From positions 1 through 33,402 of the IMG/VR virus record IMGVR_UViG_3300022862_000017: a stretch of 33,402 bases of DNA. One strand, given 5' to 3'. The translations under genes were made by a program, and so were the position numbers. The stretch is from a virus (Duplodnaviria; Caudoviricetes). Positions 25,870 through 33,402 of the stretch are shown one piece after another; position 1 is the first letter of the stretch, and each line of letters begins with the position of its first letter. The notes beneath the pieces are model-generated. The model did no database searches. It worked only from the letters and a program-made list of their open reading frames with translations, and was not told the DNA's origin.

Positions 25870-27192
25870 GTGGCATTAGGTGGAGGACCATTTTTAACAC
25901 AAAATAAAGTATTACCTGGTACGTATCAAAATTTCATTAGTGCAGCGAGAGCTTTTATAAACTTATCTGATCGTGGTTATGTCGGTTTACCAATCCCATT
26001 AGATTGGGGAGTTGACGGTGATGTGTTCGCTGTAACACAAGAAGATTTACAAAAGGATTCTCGTAAAATCTTTGGCTATGAATATACAGACCCTAAATTG
26101 AAGGGTATTCGTGATGTATTCAAAAACGCTATCACAGTTTACTTCTACAAACTCGCAGTAGATGCAGTAGCAGCTACAAATGATTTTGCCACAGCCAAGT
26201 ACAAAGGGGTGCGAGGAAATGATATTACGATTGTAATCCAGTCTAATGTTGACGAGCCATCGAAATTCGATGTTAAAACATTACTAGCTAATGTATTGGT
26301 AGATGAACAAATGGCGGTTGCTACTGCTGCAGATTTAATTGCAAATGATTTCGTCAATTTTAAAACAAACGCGACATTAGCAGTTACAGCAGGCACACCA
26401 TTAGCAGGAGGTTCAAACGGATCTGCAATTACAGGTGGCGTACACCAAGAGGCGTTAGATGCTCTAGAGGCCTATGGATTCAATACTCTTGGCTGTTTAT
26501 CTTCGGAAAGCTCAATTAAATCGCTGTATGTTGAGTACACAAAGCGTATTCGTGACAAAGTTGGTGGTAAGTTCCAACTTGTAGGGCATAAGCTTGGCAC
26601 CACTGATCATGAAGGTGTTATAGATGTACAAAACGATGCTAACGGAACTGATGAAGAAGTATTTGGTGCAGTATATTGGACCATAGGTGCACAAGCTGGC
26701 GTTGCTGTGAATCGCTCAAATACTAATAAACGATACGATGGTGAATTTACACTTGATATGTCTGAAACAAAGACACAATCACAACTTTCAACTTTATTAA
26801 AGAGTGGTAAATATGTATTCCATCGTGTAGGGGATGAAATTCGTGTGCTTGAAGATGTAAATACATTTACTTCATTTACAGTTGATAAAAATGAGGATTT
26901 CAATATGAATCAAGTTATTCGTGTGCTAGATCAACTAGCAATCGATACAGCACAATTGTTCAACAATCGTTATTTGGGTCAAGTGCCGAACGATCAAGAT
27001 GGCCGTATCTCGTTATGGAAGGATATTGGAACACATCGTATGGAAATGCAACGTATTCGGGCTATCCAAAATTACAATAAAGACGAATTAACTGTGGCGC
27101 AAGGCAATTCAAAGAAAGCCGTTGTAGTAAACGAGGTTGTGATTCCTACTGTTGCGATGTCACAACTTTATATTACAACAACGGTAGCATAA
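25870..27192 (+). CDS. Contractile tail sheath protein (XkdK-like)
   Basis: ALGGG...QNKVLPGTY, AKYKGVRGN, NQVIRVLD; GTG start after AGGAGG. Confidence 0.93.
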   Translation: MALGGGPFLTQNKVLPGTYQNFISAARAFINLSDRGYVGLPIPLDWGVDGDVFAVTQEDLQKDSRKIFGYEYTDPKLKGIRDVFKNAITVYFYKLAVDAVAATNDFATAKYKGVRGNDITIVIQSNVDEPSKFDVKTLLANVLVDEQMAVATAADLIANDFVNFKTNATLAVTAGTPLAGGSNGSAITGGVHQEALDALEAYGFNTLGCLSSESSIKSLYVEYTKRIRDKVGGKFQLVGHKLGTTDHEGVIDVQNDANGTDEEVFGAVYWTIGAQAGVAVNRSNTNKRYDGEFTLDMSETKTQSQLSTLLKSGKYVFHRVGDEIRVLEDVNTFTSFTVDKNEDFNMNQVIRVLDQLAIDTAQLFNNRYLGQVPNDQDGRISLWKDIGTHRMEMQRIRAIQNYNKDELTVAQGNSKKAVVVNEVVIPTVAMSQLYITTTVA

Positions 27193-27206
27193 AGGAGGGA
27201 ATACAA

Positions 27207-27788
27207 TTGAAAGTAAACAAAATTTCAGGACAGGCAATGGCTGCTGATTTATTACAAGACTTTTTACAAACAAAAAAGCAACCTGAAAGTATCTTACCTT
27301 TGAATCTTCAATACTTTGCAGAGGCTACTATGCATGCTCGTAATGCTATTCATGGGGCCCAAGGTGTTGCGTATGTAACCATTGAAGGAAATCGGTATAA
27401 ATTCGCTCAATTAATAAACTTGGAAGCTCGTATGGATAAGACTAAAACAAAAGTACCTATCATGGGCAAAACAGGTAAGGGGAATAAATCGACAGGATGG
27501 GAAGGCACAGGATCAGCAACATTCCACTTTAATACATCAATTTTCCGCAAGTTATTAAAACGTTACAAAGAAACTGGTGAGGATATTTATTTTGATATCC
27601 AAGTTACTAATGAAGATGGTTCTTCTACAGTAGGTCGTCAAACGACTATTCTAATTGATTGTAATATGGATGGTGGAATCATTGCAGCATTGGATGCTGA
27701 TGCAGAATATCTAGAGGATTCAGTTGACTTTACTTTCGAGGATTGGGATATGCCAGAGGAATTTACTACATTACAAGAAATGCTGTAA
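27207..27788 (+). CDS. Tail tube protein (XkdM-like) with ~40-aa N-terminal extension
   Basis: GKGNKSTGWEGTGSATF...FDIQVTNED...GRQT...FTFEDW; strong AAGGAGG RBS before TTG 27207. Confidence 0.9.
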   Translation: MKVNKISGQAMAADLLQDFLQTKKQPESILPLNLQYFAEATMHARNAIHGAQGVAYVTIEGNRYKFAQLINLEARMDKTKTKVPIMGKTGKGNKSTGWEGTGSATFHFNTSIFRKLLKRYKETGEDIYFDIQVTNEDGSSTVGRQTTILIDCNMDGGIIAALDADAEYLEDSVDFTFEDWDMPEEFTTLQEML

Positions 27789-27813
27789 GAGCTCACTTTG
27801 TGGGCTTTTTTTA
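27787..27813 (+). terminator. Intrinsic terminator
   Basis: AAGAGCTCAC-TTT-GTGGGCTTTTTTT. Confidence 0.7.
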
Positions 27814-27834
27814 TTTAAAAAGAAGGAGTGATTC

Positions 27835-28077
27835 TTGATGTCGTTAAAAGTTAGTGATATTACAGATACCGTTGTGTTGAGAGGTAATCCTAAAGAAGTC
27901 TACAAAAACGTATTTGAAGATATTGGACATTATTTTACAAACAATGCAGAAAGACTATCCGAAAGTGCGGTAGATTTACATGCAGGAATGGAAATAAAAA
28001 TTGATATTCCAATTAACGATATTGTCACGATTACTACTAAAACAACCGAATATGTAACAAAGAAGGAGAGTAAATAA
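27835..28077 (+). CDS. Hypothetical protein between tube and chaperone genes
   Basis: AAGGAGTG RBS; 80 aa. Confidence 0.7.
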   Translation: MMSLKVSDITDTVVLRGNPKEVYKNVFEDIGHYFTNNAERLSESAVDLHAGMEIKIDIPINDIVTITTKTTEYVTKKESK

Positions 28078-28079
28078 AT

Positions 28080-28514
28080 ATGTCAAATTTAACTGCATTT
28101 TTCGCACACAATAAAAAACAAAATGGAAATATTAAGAGAGCTGTTTCTAAAAGTTTTGTGGATGAACAAGGGAAACCTATTGAATGGGAGTTTGCGCCAG
28201 TTTCGCCAGAGCGTGATGCTGAATTAAAGTCTGAGTGTACAAAACGTTCTATGATTACACAAGGAAAACGTAAAGGACAATTTAACACGGACTTTGACCA
28301 TTTTAAATACCAACGTTTATTAACAGTTGAATCTATTGTATTTCCAAATCTAAACGATAAAGAGTTACAAGATTCTTATAAAGCAATGGGTGCAGATGAA
28401 CTACTTGGTAAGATGTTGACAATCGGTGAAATTGCAGATGCATCAGCTGCGGCACAAGAGGCTAATGGTTATGAAGCTGATTTGGAGGATTTGGTTGAAG
28501 AAGTAAAAAACTAA
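28080..28514 (+). CDS. Tail assembly chaperone (XkdN-like)
   Basis: SFVDEQGKPIEW, FPNLNDKELQDSY, ends EEVKN*. Confidence 0.88.
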   Translation: MSNLTAFFAHNKKQNGNIKRAVSKSFVDEQGKPIEWEFAPVSPERDAELKSECTKRSMITQGKRKGQFNTDFDHFKYQRLLTVESIVFPNLNDKELQDSYKAMGADELLGKMLTIGEIADASAAAQEANGYEADLEDLVEEVKN

Positions 28515-28702
28515 TTGAAGACGGTGATGGTGACGCTAATATCATGCATTGGTGGGTCCATAAAATGCGTCGCTTACCGTCTGAATATATGTCTCTATCG
28601 CTAGCAGATAAGGCTTGTATTATTGCTTCGCTACAGATCAAGATTGAAGAGGATAAAAAGCAAGAGCGAGAAGCAAAACGAGGAACTAGAAAAAAGAAAT
28701 AA
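28505..28702 (+). CDS. -1 frameshift extension of the tail chaperone (G-T type)
   Basis: Slippery A AAA AAC at 28505-28511; -1 frame open: KKLIEDGDGDANIMHWW...KKK*. Confidence 0.75.
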   Translation, partial: KKLIEDGDGDANIMHWWVHKMRRLPSEYMSLSLADKACIIASLQIKIEEDKKQEREAKRGTRKKK

Positions 28703-28709
28703 AATAAAC

Positions 28710-28828
28710 TTGAAGTTTTCCAATTTTAAAACTATAATGTTATTAATTACATTATAGATGCCAATGGGAAGCACCCATGGATTAGCTGATTATCTTAGTT
28801 ATAATCAGTGTCCATGTGGTGCTTTTTT
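28710..28828 (+). ncRNA. Candidate sRNA with own sigma-A promoter and terminal hairpin
   Basis: TTGAAG-17 bp-TATAAT (28710/28733); long stem AAGCACC-CATGGA...CTGATTAT/ATAATCAG...TCCATG-TGGTGCTT plus T-tract. Confidence 0.55.
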
Positions 28829-28951
28829 GTTGTAAAACTGCCCCATTAATGAAGCAGTTAACAAAAGAATGTTTAATTACAACAAAAGATTGTTAGAGGT
28901 GACTAAAAAAATACAAAATGGCAGCTATTATTAAATGGATAAAGGAATAAG

Positions 28952-29392
28952 TTATTCATCATCTTTTGATTGATGCAATTCATTTATCCTGTGCGTTTGT
29001 TTTAGAAAAAGCTCCATTGACTCCATTAGTGATTCTTTTGCTTCATCAGACATAGGCTTGCCATCGTAGGTTACCTTAACTTCATTTTTTAATATGTTTC
29101 GAAGCCATTTTAAATATTCGCTAATATCATTTTCTGTATTTTTTGTATTTAATTTGTTCGTAGATGGGTCCGACGTATCAGTTTTGCCTAATAAAAAGTC
29201 TATTGACACACCAAAAACCTCTGCGATGTTACTTAGCGTATCGATAGGTGGTGTTTTCGTACCATTTTCATAAGCAGTGTAGGTAGTTCGAGCAACTCCG
29301 ATTCTATTAGCAACATATGCTTGAGTGAATTCAGGCTTTGTTTTCTTTATATTCTCGCGACACATTTTTAAACGTTGTGCAAGTACATTCAT
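28952..29392 (-). CDS. Second XRE HTH repressor
   Basis: TQAYVANRIGVARTTYTAYENG...FGVSIDFLLG; C-terminal YDGKPMSDEAKESL (ImmR-like). Confidence 0.9.
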   Translation of the reverse strand: MNVLAQRLKMCRENIKKTKPEFTQAYVANRIGVARTTYTAYENGTKTPPIDTLSNIAEVFGVSIDFLLGKTDTSDPSTNKLNTKNTENDISEYLKWLRNILKNEVKVTYDGKPMSDEAKESLMESMELFLKQTHRINELHQSKDDE

Positions 29393-29438
29393 TATATGCA
29401 CATCCTTATATATTATTTTGCTACTTATGATTGTATAT

Positions 29439-29565
29439 GTTACCTAAGGGAACTTCTATATTTAACTATTGAATGTTCCTGAAAGTATCTTATTTTTTAA
29501 AAACAGTATTGACATGTTCCCTTAAGGAACTTATCATTGAATTAACCAATGTTCCTCAAAGGAAC
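29439..29565. promoter_or_regulatory. Four GTTCC-N5-GGAAC operators and sigma-A promoter
   Basis: Sites at 29439, 29475, 29516, 29551; TTGACA (29509)-17 bp-TATCAT (29532). Confidence 0.82.
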
Positions 29566-29583
29566 TTATTAGGAGGTGAGGTA

Positions 29584-29778
29584 ATGAGAAGATGGCTCAA
29601 AGAAATCAGGATGTCTCAGGGAATAAAACAGGAAGAAATAGCTGATTCTGCTGAAATTTCGCGCGGGTATTACGCGAATATTGAGCGAGGGGATAAAACA
29701 CCATCTGTTAGTGTCGCTAAAAGAATAGCAAACTACCTAAAATTTGATTGGACTAAATTCTTTAAAAGTTTTAATTAA
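29584..29778 (+). CDS. Cro-like XRE HTH regulator
   Basis: MRRWLKEIR...QEEIADSAEISRGYYANIERG...FDWTKFF; AGGAGGTG RBS. Confidence 0.88.
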   Translation: MRRWLKEIRMSQGIKQEEIADSAEISRGYYANIERGDKTPSVSVAKRIANYLKFDWTKFFKSFN

Positions 29779-29802
29779 AAATAATTAAGGGGATGGTTTA
29801 AG

Positions 29803-30417
29803 ATGTGCATTAAAATCGAAAATTGGAACGGCTATGAAATTCGTTTTGTAGAGAAAGAACCTAATGAGTGGTGGGCGGTATTAAGAGATATTGCGGAAGC
29901 TATGGAATTAACAGCAAAAGGTGTGAAGCAACGTCTTCCAAAGGAGGTAATTTCAAATTACCCCCTTCAGACATCAGGAGGTATTCAAGATGTGTTAATC
30001 GTAGATGAATATGGCATTTACGAAACAGTTTTTGAAAGTCGTAAGAAAGAGGCTAAAGAGTTTAAACGTTGGGTATTTGAGATGTTGAAACAACTTCGCC
30101 AATCATCAGGATTAGAAGGCTTTCAAATTTTCCGTATGTTGGACAAGGAACACCAAAAAGAAACAATGGCAAAGCTTAATCAATCGTTGCTGAAACCAAC
30201 AAAGGTGAATTTTATAAAAGCTAACACAATTGCAAACAAGGCTATTTCAAGTCGTCATGGACATCCAAAATCATTAAAGAAAAACCAGATGACACCTGAG
30301 ATGTTGGTTGAGCGAGAGCCAATCCTAGCTGATACAGTAGATCTAATGATAGCAAAAGAAAAATTCCAACTTGATTTGTCAGTCAGCAAAAAAGTGTATG
30401 AAAAATATGTACAATAA
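29803..30417 (+). CDS. BRO-N family antirepressor-like protein
   Basis: WNGYEIRFV...WWAVLRDI...EYGIYETVFESRKKEAKEFKRWV. Confidence 0.88.
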   Translation: MCIKIENWNGYEIRFVEKEPNEWWAVLRDIAEAMELTAKGVKQRLPKEVISNYPLQTSGGIQDVLIVDEYGIYETVFESRKKEAKEFKRWVFEMLKQLRQSSGLEGFQIFRMLDKEHQKETMAKLNQSLLKPTKVNFIKANTIANKAISSRHGHPKSLKKNQMTPEMLVEREPILADTVDLMIAKEKFQLDLSVSKKVYEKYVQ

Positions 30418-30422
30418 AAAAA

Positions 30423-30452
30423 TCATGTTTTAAGCTGCAACTTAAAACATGA
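30423..30452. terminator. Hairpin after BRO gene
   Basis: TCATGTTTTAAG-CTGCAA-CTTAAAACATGA preceded by an A-tract. Confidence 0.6.
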
Positions 30453-30554
30453 CATAACATTGAGTGACGTCCACTCAGAGAACATATTAGCTTAATTATA
30501 CTCTAAAAGAGTAACTTTTAAAAGTGGATGTCCTCAAATTAGGAGGGCAAGTGC

Positions 30555-30806
30555 ATGAATGAAAAAGAAAAAAGGTTACTAATGTTAATAAACGACTTCT
30601 CAAAATGCATTGGAGTTTCACCACCAAAAACATGTGACGTTGGATATTGGTGGCAAGAGGCAGTAGAAAAAATGAGTGACTTTCAGTTATTAGACCTTAA
30701 AAACTATGGTTTCTTATCTAAAAGCAATCAGCCAAATCTTAAGCGAATGAACCAATTATTAATAAAGCAAATCGAAAAAAGACAACTTTTAAACACTCTC
30801 GTATGA
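30555..30806 (+). CDS. Hypothetical protein
   Basis: AGGAGG RBS; terminator AAACACTCTC-GTAT-GAGGGTGTTTTTT overlaps the stop. Confidence 0.7.
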   Translation: MNEKEKRLLMLINDFSKCIGVSPPKTCDVGYWWQEAVEKMSDFQLLDLKNYGFLSKSNQPNLKRMNQLLIKQIEKRQLLNTLV

Positions 30807-30900
30807 GGGTGTTTTTTCAATGGAAGGAGTGATGTTTATGTAAAATGTATAGTGAAATCTCTCCATATTATGTATATTTGTGTAGGAGGAGGGATGAAAA

Positions 30901-31245
30901 ATGGCTCAAAACAAAGTAATTGCTGGAGAGTACCAGGGAAAAAATATAATGATGGGTAGAAATGTGGTTTTATTATACACATCATTTACAAAGTCGTTTC
31001 CTTTAAATAAAGAGACTGTAAAGTCATATGAGTTGATTACAGAAGAACATCGGAAAAGTGCTGTAAGTGGTGTAACAAGAGGTTTAGTTGGAGGAGTTTT
31101 ATTGGGCCCTGTGGGTTTGTTAGCAGGGTTGTCTGCTAAAAATAAAGGCACTCATGTTCTTGCTATAGAGTTTACAGACAGCAATAAATCTTTGATTGAA
31201 ATTAATGAAAAGCTATATAAGGTATTTATCCAATCAATGTTTTAA
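30901..31245 (+). CDS. Hypothetical moron protein with Gly-rich hydrophobic segment
   Basis: RGLVGGVLLGPVGLLAGLSA; own terminator downstream. Confidence 0.75.
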   Translation: MAQNKVIAGEYQGKNIMMGRNVVLLYTSFTKSFPLNKETVKSYELITEEHRKSAVSGVTRGLVGGVLLGPVGLLAGLSAKNKGTHVLAIEFTDSNKSLIEINEKLYKVFIQSMF

Positions 31246-31268
31246 GCACTCAGTTTTGAGTGCTTTTT
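31244..31268 (+). terminator. Intrinsic terminator
   Basis: AAGCACTCA-GTTT-TGAGTGCTTTTT. Confidence 0.8.
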
Positions 31269-31293
31269 ATTATGCAAAAAAAGAGGTGAGGCC

Positions 31294-33402
31294 ATGGCAA
31301 CAATTCGAACTGCAATCCAAATTGAAGATCGTTTGAGTCAACCTATTAGAGCTATGCATAATGCTATTTCAATGATGGTCAACCAAATGGAACAAATGAA
31401 TGTAGCTTCTGGCAATATGTTCGATAGTTCCTCTATTGAGTTGATGCGAAGAAATTTAGCTACTGCAGCCAATTCGATGAATCAGATTGAACAAGAAATT
31501 CATGCTGCGAATAATGCGCAAGGTGGGCTTAACAATCGTATACGCGATGGTACAGATGCAATGGACGGACTACTGGGTAAACTCCTCGCCTTAATCGGAG
31601 CTTATCTATCTTTTCAAGGTTTGGGTAAATTAATAGAGATTTCTGATGAATTAACCAATACCAAGGCTCGTGTACAACTACTAGTAGAGGAAATGCCTGT
31701 AATTCCTGATCAGTTGGCTAAAGTTGACTTTGGACTTGGTGATATGAGTGACATAGAATTGGCACAACAACTTATACACGATGCTGCGCAACGTTCATAT
31801 TCTTCATTTAAAGATACCGCTGACATGGTTTCTAGAATTGGTACTAATGCACGTGATTCATTCAGTAACTTAGGTGAGGTAGTAGCATTTACCGAACTTG
31901 TACAAAAGCAATTTGGTATTGCTGGAGCAAGCGCGGTTGAAGCAAGTAATGCAACAATTCAATTATCCCAAGCACTAGCCAGTGGAGTGTTACGTGGTGA
32001 CGAACTTAACTCGATCTTTGAACAAGCACCAAACTTAATATCTACTATCGCTGACTATATGGGTGAACCTTTAGGGGCTATTCGGGACTTAGCTGCTGAT
32101 GGAATGATTACAGCAGATATTGTAAAAAATGCAATGTTTGCAGCCGCGGATGAAATTAATAAAAAGTTTGATAGCATGCCAGTAACTTGGTCTCAAATGT
32201 GGACTTATTTTCAAAATGAAGCCTTGCGTGCGTTTGGCCCAATGTTAAAACAAATAAATGATGTTGCAAATAGTGAGAGATTTAAAGAATTTGTCGCTAG
32301 CGCAACACAGGCTTTATATTTAATAGCAAACGTTATAAGATATGTATTCACTGCAATCGCAACAGTAGGTGCCTTTATTTATGACAATTGGTCATTCATT
32401 GGTCCTGTTATATTAAGTGTAGCTAGTGCTTTGATAGCATATGCAATGTATGCTAGATTAGCAGCTCTAGGGACATTTTTGATGACAGCTGCCCAATGGG
32501 CTTGGAATGCTGCTTTAAACGCTAATCCGATAGGATTAATTATTGCTGCAATTGTTATACTCATTGGATTATTTTTTTTAGTGATTAATGTTATAAATCA
32601 CTTCGCTGGAACATCTATCAGTGCAACAGGCATTATTGCTGGAGCATTTATGGTCCTCGGTTCCGCAATTTTTAATGTGATCGCATACCTGTGGAATATG
32701 TGGGCATCCTACATTGAATTTTTTGTTAATATCACACAAGGCAGGACTTATGCAGTGAGACGCCTATTTTACAATTTGGCTACAAACGTGTTAGATGTAA
32801 TTATTTCAATGACTAGTGGTTGGGATGGATTTGCCACAAGCTTTGTTAATGCCATTGTTAAGGCAGTAAACAAAGCAATACAAGCTTGGAACCGGTTTAT
32901 AGATTTATTACCAGATAATATTGCATCGAGTATAGGTTTAAAAGTAGGTACAGAATTCGGCGAGAGTAAGTCTATTACCAGTGACTTGAAAAACCTTAAA
33001 GGTGCACTAGGTGATTGGGTTGGAGAACCTCCTGACGATTACTGGGAAGCCCCTAAATTGGAAATGAAATCTTTAGGGGATGCTTGGGATACAGGCTATG
33101 ATTGGGGAGCTAATTTGCTTAACTCAAAAGAAGGAACAAGTGGCAATACCGATGCACTTATGAAGTCAATTAACGATTCGCTAGGATTAGGGGACAAACT
33201 TGATAAAGGCAATGAGGCAGGCAAGAAAACAGCTGACAATACGAAGAAGGCAGCTGATGGTATTAAAATGATGAATGAGGATTTAAAATACCTTCGTGAC
33301 ATTGCTGAACGTGAAGCAATCAATCGATATACAACAGCCGAAATCAAAGTCGATATGAAAAACGAAAACCACATTAACAGCGATCTGGACATTGATGGAG
33401 TT
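31294..33402 (+). CDS. Tape measure protein (partial, runs off window; absent from ORF track)
   Basis: GAGGTG RBS, MATIRTAIQIED...; QLSQALASGVLRGDELNSIFEQAP tape-measure domain; NPIGLII hydrophobic segments; no in-frame stop seen. Confidence 0.92.
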   Translation, partial: MATIRTAIQIEDRLSQPIRAMHNAISMMVNQMEQMNVASGNMFDSSSIELMRRNLATAANSMNQIEQEIHAANNAQGGLNNRIRDGTDAMDGLLGKLLALIGAYLSFQGLGKLIEISDELTNTKARVQLLVEEMPVIPDQLAKVDFGLGDMSDIELAQQLIHDAAQRSYSSFKDTADMVSRIGTNARDSFSNLGEVVAFTELVQKQFGIAGASAVEASNATIQLSQALASGVLRGDELNSIFEQAPNLISTIADYMGEPLGAIRDLAADGMITADIVKNAMFAAADEINKKFDSMPVTWSQMWTYFQNEALRAFGPMLKQINDVANSERFKEFVASATQALYLIANVIRYVFTAIATVGAFIYDNWSFIGPVILSVASALIAYAMYARLAALGTFLMTAAQWAWNAALNANPIGLIIAAIVILIGLFFLVINVINHFAGTSISATGIIAGAFMVLGSAIFNVIAYLWNMWASYIEFFVNITQGRTYAVRRLFYNLATNVLDVIISMTSGWDGFATSFVNAIVKAVNKAIQAWNRFIDLLPDNIASSIGLKVGTEFGESKSITSDLKNLKGALGDWVGEPPDDYWEAPKLEMKSLGDAWDTGYDWGANLLNSKEGTSGNTDALMKSINDSLGLGDKLDKGNEAGKKTADNTKKAADGIKMMNEDLKYLRDIAEREAINRYTTAEIKVDMKNENHINSDLDIDGV

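Larger units (their letters stand above)
190..33402. mobile_element. Prophage (temperate, myovirus-like), continues beyond window
   Basis: Canonical module order: integrase, immunity, replication, terminase, portal, capsid, tail sheath/tube, tape measure. Confidence 0.97.

Noticed and set aside
4139-33392. Many short alternative-frame or antisense ORFs (e.g. 4139..4441, 10044..10277, 22019..22453, 26607..26903, 32379..32564, 33096..33392)
   Set aside because: Shadow frames of well-supported genes, with no family motifs

Overview
The window holds the left ~33 kb of a temperate, contractile-tailed (PBSX/skin-like xkdK-xkdM-xkdN) prophage in a low-GC Bacillales host; gene content suggests Lysinibacillus or a relative (inference). 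In order: the 3' end of a host membrane-protein gene, a likely att site resembling the 3' end of rpsD, and the lysogeny module (integrase, ImmA protease, ImmR repressor, Cro, antirepressor, Xis). Then come recombination/replication genes, an accessory gene block, a late activator, packaging and head genes, the tail sheath, tube and chaperone, an inserted second regulatory cassette, and a tape-measure gene cut by the window end. The most notable signals are: (i) a non-coding element after xis with an exact 18-nt antisense match to the integrase leader plus twin hairpins sharing a GGGCAAA loop; (ii) a host Prp-protease-type motif (LNLQYF/A) on an N-terminal extension of the tail tube protein; (iii) a MuF minor head protein with a C-terminal Ntox50-like toxin and a probable immunity gene; (iv) candidate anti-defence genes, some flanked by degenerate palindromic junction sites; (v) several structured RNA candidates. 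All family calls come from motif recognition by eye, not database searches.
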